Shown piece after piece: positions 19,579 through 27,726 of a stretch of 64,000 bases of DNA. Each line of letters begins with the position of its first letter. The first letter of the stretch is position 1. The notes below the pieces were generated by a model. The model was not told the origin of the DNA. It did no database searches and saw only the letters and a program-made list of their open reading frames with translations. The translations under genes were made by a program, and so were the position numbers. The DNA lies in assembly GCA_041690355.1 (NCBI GenBank), contig JAWLHK010000002.1:283082-347081 (forward strand). Reading direction: 5' to 3'. Source of the DNA: a bacterium. Its GTDB lineage: Bacteria; J088; JAWLBW01.

Positions 19579-20160
19579 TTACCGGGCGGCGATGTGGACG
19601 ACGGAATTGACGCGGCCGAACCCGTCGTCGACTGTCCCGGCCGCGGCCGGATCGGCCAGCCACTGCTCGCCATCGACGACGAACTGATACTGATAGACGC
19701 CCGGCGTCAGCTCAATCGATAATCGCCAGACCCTGCCTTCACGGCGCAGGACGTGGCGCTCCGGATCCCAGCCATTGAACTCACCCACGAGGGCGACCGA
19801 TTCCGCATGCGGGTGGACGAAGACGAACTCCGTCCCCGAAGGGGAACCGGGCAGCGTTCTCGCCGCCAGAACGCCGAGCGCGAAGGCGAGCACCAGGGAC
19901 GCAAAGGCCGCCAGGGGCGCCGCCCGCCGCAAGGTGAGGCGCCACCATGGGGTACCGTGTTCGGCCGCACGCATACGTACGGCGCGCAAGACCCGTTCCT
20001 CGAAACCGGGAGACGGTTCGGCGTCGATGGGCATGGCCGACCAGGTGCGGGCGGCCGCATCGAGCGCCGGCGATGCGGCACGCCGCCGCGCAAACGCGGC
20101 GTGCTCGGCTTCGGTGAGTTCGCCGGCGAGATACTTGGAGAGCAGTTCAGCGTCACTCAT
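19579..20160 (-). CDS. anti-sigma factor with C-terminal CBM48/AMPK-beta-like carbohydrate-binding domain
   Basis: 193 aa; N-terminal anti-sigma-like region, one TM helix, then VALVGEFNGWDPERH...GVYQYQFVVDGEQWLADP resembling the AMPK-beta glycogen-binding domain; overlaps the sigma gene by 8 bp. Confidence 0.65.
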   Translation of the reverse strand: MSDAELLSKYLAGELTEAEHAAFARRRAASPALDAAARTWSAMPIDAEPSPGFEERVLRAVRMRAAEHGTPWWRLTLRRAAPLAAFASLVLAFALGVLAARTLPGSPSGTEFVFVHPHAESVALVGEFNGWDPERHVLRREGRVWRLSIELTPGVYQYQFVVDGEQWLADPAAAGTVDDGFGRVNSVVHIAAR

Positions 20161-20728
20161 ACAGTTTCTCCAGAGCCTTCAACAGCATAGCCCGTCCGCG
20201 CAGCAGGCGCATCTTGACCGCGCTCAGCCCCACGCCCAGGACCGAGGCGATTTCCTGCAGCGGCCGGTCGTCGTAGTGGGCGAGCATGAGCACCTCGCGA
20301 TAGGAATCGGGGAGAGACGCGAGCGCCTTGCCGACCAGCCTGCGCTCTTCGTCAGAGACCATGCGCACGTCTTCCGGTTCGCCGCCCACGGCCGTGTGGA
20401 GCGCGTACTCCAGCGGCCGCTCGTTTCGAACCGCCTGGGCGCGGAAGTAGTCGTGGGCGAGATTCGAGGCGATGCGCATGACCCAACCGTCGAGGTTCAC
20501 CATCGTGTGAAAGGTGGGCAGGCGGGTGAGCGCACGTACGAGCGCTTCCTGCGTCAAGTCCTCGGCGAGCGTAAAGGAACCTGTCATGCGCAGCAGACGC
20601 CTGAAGAGGAGGGTCTTGTAGCGCTCTACGAAGGCCGACTGGGCCGACCGGTCGCCTGCCTTGCACCGTCGGACGAGGTCTTCGTCATCGGCGCTCGGCG
20701 GGCGGTCGGTAGTGGATTCCTTTGTCAC
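20153..20728 (-). CDS. RNA polymerase sigma-70 factor, ECF subfamily
   Basis: 191 aa with sigma region 2 and region 4 features. Confidence 0.9.
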   Translation of the reverse strand: MTKESTTDRPPSADDEDLVRRCKAGDRSAQSAFVERYKTLLFRRLLRMTGSFTLAEDLTQEALVRALTRLPTFHTMVNLDGWVMRIASNLAHDYFRAQAVRNERPLEYALHTAVGGEPEDVRMVSDEERRLVGKALASLPDSYREVLMLAHYDDRPLQEIASVLGVGLSAVKMRLLRGRAMLLKALEKLYE

Positions 20729-20902
20729 GCGCGCTCATTCCCGGCCTTCCGGGCACGTCAGGTAACCGTCCCCTCGGGCGCGAGACAGTATACCCTACGG
20801 GAATAAACGGATACTCCCCGCCCGCAGTCACATTCTTTTTTCACGCCTGTGACCCGAAGGGCTGCCGGCCGTTGATCGAGAAACCATTGCACCGAGGTCA
20901 CC

Positions 20903-21862
20903 ATGCGCGCTTCCACATCAACCATGATTCTTGCGTTCGGGCTCGCCGCCTGCGCGCCTGCCGCCGCCACCGATCCCGCCGGCCGCCTGTCTGCGGGCGA
21001 CGTGCCGCAGGCCACCGCGCGGCTCACCATCCAGGCTGCGGCGCCCGCCGCGGCGGCCCCTGTCCAACCCCTCGCGTTTCTCGCGAACGGCGTCACCATC
21101 GAAGCGGCGACGGCCGTCATTGCCGAGGTCAATCTCAAGGGCTGGGAGTACGAGGAGGATGACGAGCACGAAGGCGATGATGGCGCGGATGAACGTGAAG
21201 AGGAGGAGGTGGAAGACGATTCGGCTTCCCTGAGCGGCGCGCTGCTGCGCGGCCAGGCAGAAGACGACTCCATCGACGAGGAGGAGGCTGACGAAGCGTC
21301 GTCCGAGGATACCGACGATTCCGGCGACGAAGAAGACAGCGAAGACCCTGAAGTCGAAAACGTAGACTTCAAAGGTCCCTATCATGTCGACCTGCTGACC
21401 GGAGCAAGCACGCCGCCGTTCGGCGATTCCGTGCTGCCGTCGGGGGCATATCGCAGCGTCGAGTTCAAGCTCGACGCACCGGAGGACTCGACGACCGCCG
21501 CGTCGATTGAAATCGCCGGTCGCTTTGCGGTCGACGGCGTTTACCACCCCTTCATCCTGCGCAATCTGCGCGACGAGGAGCTCAAGTGGGATTTCGCCGC
21601 CCCGGTTTCCATGTCGGCGGCCGCCGTCAACGAACTGGTCCTCCGTATTCCCCTGGGGCAGTGGGTGAACGCCGCCCTGGTAGAGGCCATGGCCCAGTCC
21701 GTACGCGACGGCGCGGTCGTGCCCGATGCCGACGGCGTCTACCTCTTTACGACCGAGACGGCCGCGGTCGCCGACATCCTGGAAGCCAATCTCGAGAATG
21801 AGGGCGGGCTCGAACACGATGACGGTGACGACGACGAAGAAGACGACGAAGCGGCTGAATGA
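20903..21862 (+). CDS. acidic lipoprotein (hypothetical)
   Basis: 319 aa; lipobox LAFGLAAC; long D/E-rich low-complexity stretches. Confidence 0.55.
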   Translation: MRASTSTMILAFGLAACAPAAATDPAGRLSAGDVPQATARLTIQAAAPAAAAPVQPLAFLANGVTIEAATAVIAEVNLKGWEYEEDDEHEGDDGADEREEEEVEDDSASLSGALLRGQAEDDSIDEEEADEASSEDTDDSGDEEDSEDPEVENVDFKGPYHVDLLTGASTPPFGDSVLPSGAYRSVEFKLDAPEDSTTAASIEIAGRFAVDGVYHPFILRNLRDEELKWDFAAPVSMSAAAVNELVLRIPLGQWVNAALVEAMAQSVRDGAVVPDADGVYLFTTETAAVADILEANLENEGGLEHDDGDDDEEDDEAAE

Positions 21863-21906
21863 CCGCCTGAAGTCTCGCTCGGCGGGAATCTTGTTAGGGG
21901 GGAGGA

Positions 21907-21945
21907 TGGAGGCGGCAGGGTCACCTGTCGCCTCCATTTTTTTTT
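21907..21945. terminator. bidirectional intrinsic terminator
   Basis: Stem tggaggcggcag / ctgtcgcctcca followed by T9; between two convergent genes. Confidence 0.65.
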
Positions 21946-21961
21946 GGGCGGATGCGTAGGA

Positions 21962-22981
21962 CTAGGCCCGCGAGCCCGTGGGCGGCTCGACCGGATTCTC
22001 GACCGTGTCGTCGAGCTGCTTGCGCAGGGCGGCCGGATCGAGCGCCTTGAGCGCCATCGCGCCTGAACCCGGCACCCGGTCGGGATACCGGTTCGTCCAT
22101 GTACGCGCCGGAAAATCGAACTCCAGAATCGGCGCCAGCTCCTGAAAGTGCATGTCGGGATCAAACTCCGACTTGCGCCGCATGCGCCGGCCTTCCTTAT
22201 GCAGGCGCTGGGCCGTGTCGAGCATGCGCTGCCCGGTCGGATCGTTGTGGTAGGTATGCGAGCGATCCAGCTGATGCAGCATGTCGAAAATACTGTTCAT
22301 GGCCAGGTGATCGTAGCGGTGCGCGTCGGCGGCGTCGAACTGCCATGGTGAGCGCTGGTTCATGGAATTGAGCGCGCTGCGCCACTGCTTCATGTTCTGC
22401 ACGAACAGGGTCGAGTTGAAGATCATTTTGTTCACGCGGTGTGAAAAGATGGTCTCTTCGAGCTGCGACTGGAGCAGCGCGTCGTCGCGCGGATCCACCA
22501 GACGCTGAATACGGCCGGCCATGTCCCAGATCGGTTTCTGCGTCCGCCCGTCGTAGCGCACCTCCCAGTAGGCATGCTTGAATCCCCGCGGGGCGTCGCT
22601 GCGCAGGACCTGGGAGGGAATGAATATGTTGTGGGCGATCGTGTCGGCGGCCAGGTGGGTGATATAGCCCCACATGAAGGCTTTCTGCGGCTCGTCGGGG
22701 GCCTTTTCGAGCAGCTCGAAGGCGACGTCCCAGTTGTGGCAGTGCAGCCGGTAATCGATGTACTTCTTGCCCAGAATCAGATCGGCCGCCAGGTTCCCGT
22801 ACATGTAGTCGAACGAGTACGTGGCGAGCAGCGTGCGCAGGGCGACCGGCACCATCTCGAGGTTGATGAGGACCTCGCTCGCAAAGCGCAGATGCGTGGC
22901 GGGGCCCCAGGCCCATGCCGCGTCGGGCACGAGAAAAACGAGCAGAAAACCGATGAAGATGGACAAGAAAACCATGCGCAC
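21962..22981 (-). CDS. zinc-dependent phospholipase C family protein
   Basis: 339 aa; signal peptide; WGPATHLRF and GYITHLAADTIAHN metal-ligand motifs; last ~25 codons lie on the reverse strand of the 80-bp repeat. Confidence 0.65.
   Translation of the reverse strand: MRMVFLSIFIGFLLVFLVPDAAWAWGPATHLRFASEVLINLEMVPVALRTLLATYSFDYMYGNLAADLILGKKYIDYRLHCHNWDVAFELLEKAPDEPQKAFMWGYITHLAADTIAHNIFIPSQVLRSDAPRGFKHAYWEVRYDGRTQKPIWDMAGRIQRLVDPRDDALLQSQLEETIFSHRVNKMIFNSTLFVQNMKQWRSALNSMNQRSPWQFDAADAHRYDHLAMNSIFDMLHQLDRSHTYHNDPTGQRMLDTAQRLHKEGRRMRRKSEFDPDMHFQELAPILEFDFPARTWTNRYPDRVPGSGAMALKALDPAALRKQLDDTVENPVEPPTGSRA
21988..22067. repeat. 80-bp direct repeat, copy 2 (3' end of the phospholipase C-like gene, opposite strand)
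   Basis: Matches 17318-17397 with 4 mismatches. Confidence 0.85.
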
Positions 22982-23115
22982 GCGTCCGGCGGATTGTTAC
23001 AATACCACCCATTATATCGGACACTGGATGCGCGTCGCAGCCTGCGATGGGCACGTTCGGCAACCCCCGCCGCCCTGCCTGCCCGGCCGGAGGGGGTTCC
23101 GGGGACGGACGAAGC

Positions 23116-24018
23116 ATGGATGAGTGGAAGGACACGCTGCGGCAGATCCGGTCGCACCTCGAGTACCTGCGCGACATGGGGGTGACCGAGCTGAGCCTGC
23201 CCACCGAGGAGGCCGAAGCGCAGCTGCGCGCCGGACCCTCGGGGGGGAGGGGGGCTGCCGCCGCTCCTCAGTCGAGCCCCTCCCGGTCATTCGCTCCGCC
23301 GCCGCCTGCTCCGCCCCCGGCCGTCGGTTCTGCTTCGCCGCCCCCGCCGCAACCCGCCCGGGAAGCGCCGCGTGCGTATGAGGCCCCCGCAGCCGTCGCG
23401 GCCGCTGCGATGCCCGCCGCCCGCGCCCCCGCGCCTGCGTCCCTGCCGGTGGCAGAGGGGCTCGAGCCGATGGAACGCGAGGTTTCGGGCTGCCGCCAGT
23501 GCCGGCTCTGTGAGAAACGCACGCAGACGGTCTTCGGCAGCGGCAATCCCCAGGCCGATCTGATGTTCGTCGGCGAGGGCCCGGGGGCCGAGGAAGATCG
23601 GCGCGGTCTCCCCTTCGTGGGTGAAGCCGGGCAGCTTCTCGCGAAAATCATCGAGGCCATGGGGACGACCCGTGAGGCGGTCTACATCGCCAACGTCGTA
23701 AAGTGCCGCCCGCCGAACAACCGCACCCCGATGCTCGACGAAATCGAGGCCTGCTATCCGTACCTGCGGCGCCAGATCGCGGCCGTGAAGCCGAAGATTA
23801 TCGTGGCCCTCGGCGCGCCGGCGACCCAGACGCTGCTCGGCGTGAGCATGCCGATTTCGCGCATGCGCGGCAGCTTCTACCGGTACGGCGAAATCCAGGT
23901 CATGCCCACCTTTCACCCCGCCTATCTCCTGCGGAATCCGGGGGAAAAGCGGGCCGTCTGGGAGGATATGCAGAAAGTCATGGCCGCGCTCAATCTGACT
24001 CAGGGGGACAAGGCATGA
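23116..24018 (+). CDS. uracil-DNA glycosylase, family 4, with Pro/Ala-rich N-terminal extension
   Basis: Core GCRQCRLCEKRTQTVFGSGNPQADLMFVGEGPGAEEDRRGLPFVGEAGQLL is typical of family-4 UDG; start taken at ATG 23116 (track ORF begins at 23047). Confidence 0.8.
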   Translation: MDEWKDTLRQIRSHLEYLRDMGVTELSLPTEEAEAQLRAGPSGGRGAAAAPQSSPSRSFAPPPPAPPPAVGSASPPPPQPAREAPRAYEAPAAVAAAAMPAARAPAPASLPVAEGLEPMEREVSGCRQCRLCEKRTQTVFGSGNPQADLMFVGEGPGAEEDRRGLPFVGEAGQLLAKIIEAMGTTREAVYIANVVKCRPPNNRTPMLDEIEACYPYLRRQIAAVKPKIIVALGAPATQTLLGVSMPISRMRGSFYRYGEIQVMPTFHPAYLLRNPGEKRAVWEDMQKVMAALNLTQGDKA

Positions 24019-25352
24019 AGTTCCTGGGAAGATTCCTTTCCGCCCTGTTCGCGATTGTCGCCTTCGCGCTGCCCGCCGCGGCCCAGGAGACCGGCGACGC
24101 TGCCGGAGGCCCGCTCGTGTTCGAGGCGGTGCTCACCCAGGACATGATCAATCCGGCGACGGCCGAGTACATCGAGCGCGCCATCGCCAGGGCCGAAGAA
24201 GAAAAGGCGGCGGCGCTGCTCATCCGCATCGACACTCCGGGCGGCATGCTGCAGAGCACGCGCAGCATCGTGCGCGCCATGCTCGCCGCCAAGGTTCCGA
24301 TTGTGACCTACGTGGCGCCGGGCGGCGCGCAGGCCGGCTCGGCCGGGGTCTTCATCACGATGGCCGGCCACGTGGCCGCCATGGCGCCGGGAACCAACAT
24401 CGGCGCGGCCCATCCGGTCGCCGGGGGCGGTGAAGACATCGGCGAGCAGGGCGGCAGCGCGATGGAAGAGAAGGTCGTCAACGATACGCGCGCCTTTGCC
24501 GAGGCCATCGCCCGGGAACGCGGGCGTAACGAGGCATGGGCCGCCGCGGCCGTGACCAGCTCGGTCTCGGTGGCCGCCGAAGAAGCCTTGCGCGAGAAGG
24601 TCATCGACCTGATCGCCGCGAACACCGGGGAGCTGCTCGCGCAGATTGACGGGCGCGAGGTCACGACGGAAAGCGGCACGATGACCCTGCGCACGGCGGG
24701 CGCCCGGGTCGTCACGCTCGAGATGACCTTCAAGCAGAAGCTCATCTCGTTTCTCGCGAATCCGAACATCGCCTACATGCTGCTCACGCTCGGCTTTCTC
24801 GGGTTGTATGTGGAGCTGTCGAATCCGGGGCTCATCCTGCCCGGGGTGGCGGGCGTGCTCTGCCTGATTCTCGGTTTTGTGGCTCTGCAGATCATCCCGT
24901 TCAACGCGGGGGGGCTCGCGCTGATCCTGCTGGGGATCGTACTGTTCGTCGCCGAGATCTTCGTCCCCGGCTTCGGCCTGCTGACCGCCGGAGGCGTCGT
25001 CGCGCTCGTGCTGGGGGGAATTCTGCTCTTTGATACGCCGGAGGCTTCGGTGTCGGTAGACTACGGACTCATCGTAACGGTGGGCATCTCGCTCGGGATC
25101 ATTTTCGGGGCCGTGGCCTATGCCGTGGCGCGCTCGTTCCGCCGCAGGGTGACCACCGGTACCGAGGGCATGCTCGGGAAGATCGGCGTCGCCGAAAGCG
25201 ACCTTTCGCCGCGCGGGACGGTTTTCGTCAACGGCGAGATCTGGAGCGCCGTCGCGTCCAGTCCGGTATCCAAGGGCGAACGCGTCGAAGTCGTCGCTAT
25301 CGACGGCCTGACCATTCAAGTGAAACCTGCTGAAGGAGGCGAACGTGCCTAA
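24015..25352 (+). CDS. NfeD-family membrane-bound serine protease
   Basis: 445 aa from MKFLGRF; ClpP-like N-domain, TM segments, C-terminal OB-fold region; ATG overlaps the UDG stop. Confidence 0.85.
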   Translation: MKFLGRFLSALFAIVAFALPAAAQETGDAAGGPLVFEAVLTQDMINPATAEYIERAIARAEEEKAAALLIRIDTPGGMLQSTRSIVRAMLAAKVPIVTYVAPGGAQAGSAGVFITMAGHVAAMAPGTNIGAAHPVAGGGEDIGEQGGSAMEEKVVNDTRAFAEAIARERGRNEAWAAAAVTSSVSVAAEEALREKVIDLIAANTGELLAQIDGREVTTESGTMTLRTAGARVVTLEMTFKQKLISFLANPNIAYMLLTLGFLGLYVELSNPGLILPGVAGVLCLILGFVALQIIPFNAGGLALILLGIVLFVAEIFVPGFGLLTAGGVVALVLGGILLFDTPEASVSVDYGLIVTVGISLGIIFGAVAYAVARSFRRRVTTGTEGMLGKIGVAESDLSPRGTVFVNGEIWSAVASSPVSKGERVEVVAIDGLTIQVKPAEGGERA

Positions 25353-26097
25353 CCTGTTCTATCTTGTCGTTGCGGCGGTCATCCTCATTTCCTTTCTGTC
25401 GGCGGCCATCAAGATCTTCAACGAGTACGAGCGCGGCGTCGTGTTTCGCCTCGGCCGCTACGTGGGGATCAAGGGGCCGGGGCTCGTCATCCTGATTCCC
25501 TTCATCGATAAGGCGGTCACGGTCAGCCTGCGCACCGTCACCCTCGACGTGCCTCCGCAGGACGTCATCACCAAGGACAACGTGTCGGTCAAGGTGAACG
25601 CGGTGCTCTACTTTCGCGTCCTGCACCCGAACAAGGCCGTGCTCGAGGTCGAAAACTTCCTCTACGCCACGAGCCAGCTTGCCCAGACGACCCTGCGCAG
25701 CGTGTGCGGCGAAGCCGACCTCGACGATCTGCTCAGCGAGCGCGAGAAGCTCAACCATGATCTGCAGTCCATTCTCGACAGGCAGACTGATCCGTGGGGC
25801 ATCAAGGTGAGCGCCGTGGAACTCAAGCACATCGACCTGCCGCAGGAGATGCAGCGGGCCATGGCGCGCCAGGCCGAGGCCGAGCGCGAGCGGCGCGCCA
25901 AGGTCATCGCGGCCGACGGTGAGTTCCAGGCTTCGACCAAGCTGGCTGAAGCGGCCGACGTCATGTCACAGAACCCGGTCACGTTGCAGCTGCGCTACCT
26001 GCAGACGCTGGGTGAGATCGCGACGGAAAACAATTCCACCACGGTCTTTCCCATTCCCATCGACCTGTTCACGGCCTTCACCCAGAAGAAGAGCTGA
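25345..26097 (+). CDS. SPFH/band-7 (stomatin-like) protein
   Basis: 250 aa; N-terminal TM then SPFH domain; GTG start overlapping nfeD; classic NfeD-stomatin pair. Confidence 0.9.
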   Translation: MPNLFYLVVAAVILISFLSAAIKIFNEYERGVVFRLGRYVGIKGPGLVILIPFIDKAVTVSLRTVTLDVPPQDVITKDNVSVKVNAVLYFRVLHPNKAVLEVENFLYATSQLAQTTLRSVCGEADLDDLLSEREKLNHDLQSILDRQTDPWGIKVSAVELKHIDLPQEMQRAMARQAEAERERRAKVIAADGEFQASTKLAEAADVMSQNPVTLQLRYLQTLGEIATENNSTTVFPIPIDLFTAFTQKKS

Positions 26098-26101
26098 CGG
26101 C

Positions 26102-27187
26102 TTGCTGCGCCGGCGTTTCGCCGTACTGCTGTTTGCGGCCGCGGCCCTCGGGTTCCCCCCCGCGGTTTCGGCCGACGGCGACGTCGTGGTCCGCGTGCGC
26201 ATCGCCGGCGCCGGCAGCGTGACGGTCGAAGGAGACCTGCGCTACGAAGGCAAGGATACCGGTGGGCGGGCCAAGCGGCTCATTATTACCGTGACCGGCG
26301 GGAGCCTGCGCGTGGCCGGCGAGAGGGAACGCGGCGAACTCTCGGTGACCGCCCGCAGCGGCCGCATCAAGGTCGGCAGCTATAGCTACCGCGGGCGCAT
26401 GCGCATCGCCGCCGTCGACGGCAAGGTGCAGGTCGTGAACGTCGTCGACATGGAGAACTATCTCGCCTCGGTGCTCGGTTCCGAGATGGGAGCCTCCTGG
26501 CCGCGCGAGGCGCTTAAGGCGCAGGCGGTCGTGGCGCGCAGCTACACGCTCGTGAACAAGCGCAAGTCGCGCAACCGGGCCTTTGACGTCGACGCCTCGG
26601 TGCTCTCGCAGGTCTACAAGGGGATCAAGGGCGAAGATTCCCGCACGCGCGCCGCCGTCGACGCCACGCGCGGTGAGGTGCTCATGGTCGGCGGCGAGAT
26701 CGTCGAAGGGTTCTATCACAGCGCCTGCGGCGGCCAGACCGAAGCGGCAGCGGCGATCTGGCAGGGGAGCCCCGCATGGTTCCGCTCCGTCAAGGACCCC
26801 TACTGCGAAGCCGCCCCCGGTTACTTCTGGACTCACCGTATCGATTACCGGGAGCTCGGCCGCAAGCTCGGCGTCGGCCCGGTTACCGCCGTCAAGGTGC
26901 TCGATCGGGGCCCCGGCGGGCGCGTACTGCTGGCCCAGTTCGAGGGGGAGGGGGAGCAGCGGCTGCTCGCCGGTGACGAGGTCCGGCGGCTGCTCGGCTA
27001 CGCCAACCTGAAGAGCACCTTCTTCGAAATCTCCGTCGAGGGCGCGACGTTTCTCTTCAAGGGGAGCGGCTCGGGGCACGGCGTCGGTCTCTGCCAATGG
27101 GGTGCGCGCGGCCAGGCCGAAAAGGGGCGCACCTACCGCCAGATCCTCGCCCACTACTTTCCCGCCGCCCGCCTGGCGAACCCCTGA
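26102..27187 (+). CDS. SpoIID/LytB domain protein
   Basis: Signal peptide LLRRRFAVLLFAAAALGFPPAVSA then SpoIID-like domain; no ATG near the signal peptide, so TTG at 26102 is proposed. Confidence 0.75.
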   Translation: MLRRRFAVLLFAAAALGFPPAVSADGDVVVRVRIAGAGSVTVEGDLRYEGKDTGGRAKRLIITVTGGSLRVAGERERGELSVTARSGRIKVGSYSYRGRMRIAAVDGKVQVVNVVDMENYLASVLGSEMGASWPREALKAQAVVARSYTLVNKRKSRNRAFDVDASVLSQVYKGIKGEDSRTRAAVDATRGEVLMVGGEIVEGFYHSACGGQTEAAAAIWQGSPAWFRSVKDPYCEAAPGYFWTHRIDYRELGRKLGVGPVTAVKVLDRGPGGRVLLAQFEGEGEQRLLAGDEVRRLLGYANLKSTFFEISVEGATFLFKGSGSGHGVGLCQWGARGQAEKGRTYRQILAHYFPAARLANP

Positions 27188-27280
27188 CCACCTTGTCAAT
27201 TTGGCAAGACTGCCCTAGCCTGAAACGAGAAAGCCGGGCTGCGCACTGGGGCGCGCACCGGTCGGTTTCGGGGAGGAAGC

Positions 27281-27625
27281 ATGCGGAAGATTTTCTGCGC
27301 GCTGGGGTGGTCTTTTCTTCTGGTGGCCTGCGGCACGTTCGACGGGGAACCTCCGGGGGCTTCGGGCCCGGTGTCCCTGACAGAAGTGGACGAGACCGTC
27401 ATCATCAGCCAGTCGGACGATCGATGGAGCCGGTTCGAGCTTCCCGAAGAAGACGGGGAGTGTTCGCAGGACGCCGATTGCGAAATGGGGGGCTGTTCGG
27501 CCGAAGTCTGCACGACGGTCACGACGGCCCCGGAGCTGTTCACGACCTGTAACGAACAGCACCCCGGCAATGGTTTCCGTTGCGGCTGCATCCGGTCGCA
27601 TTGCCGCTGGCAGAAATACGAATGA
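27281..27625 (+). CDS. cysteine-rich lipoprotein (hypothetical)
   Basis: 114 aa; lipobox FLLVAC; eight further Cys in the mature part; gggaggaag RBS. Confidence 0.55.
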   Translation: MRKIFCALGWSFLLVACGTFDGEPPGASGPVSLTEVDETVIISQSDDRWSRFELPEEDGECSQDADCEMGGCSAEVCTTVTTAPELFTTCNEQHPGNGFRCGCIRSHCRWQKYE

Positions 27626-27726
27626 GCGTTCGGGCCGGGCCCGAACGCTCATTCCTGATTCCTGATTCTTGATTCCTGACCGGAACGCCCAGCGACTGCC
27701 GGCTGAAGACTGCCGCCTGAAGACTG
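27620..27726. repeat. mosaic intergenic element (palindromic hairpin 27620-27654, ATTCCTG array 27651-27681, CAGTCTT-family units 27694-27726)
   Basis: Perfect palindrome tgagcgttcgggc/gcccgaacgctca overlapping the stop codon, then attcctg x4, then a duplicated ctgccgNctgaagactg. Confidence 0.75.

Noticed and set aside
23703-25352. 549-aa ORF giving NfeD a long N-terminal extension
   Set aside because: The extension is out of frame with and overlaps the well-supported UDG gene; the NfeD signal-anchor sequence begins at Met 24015.
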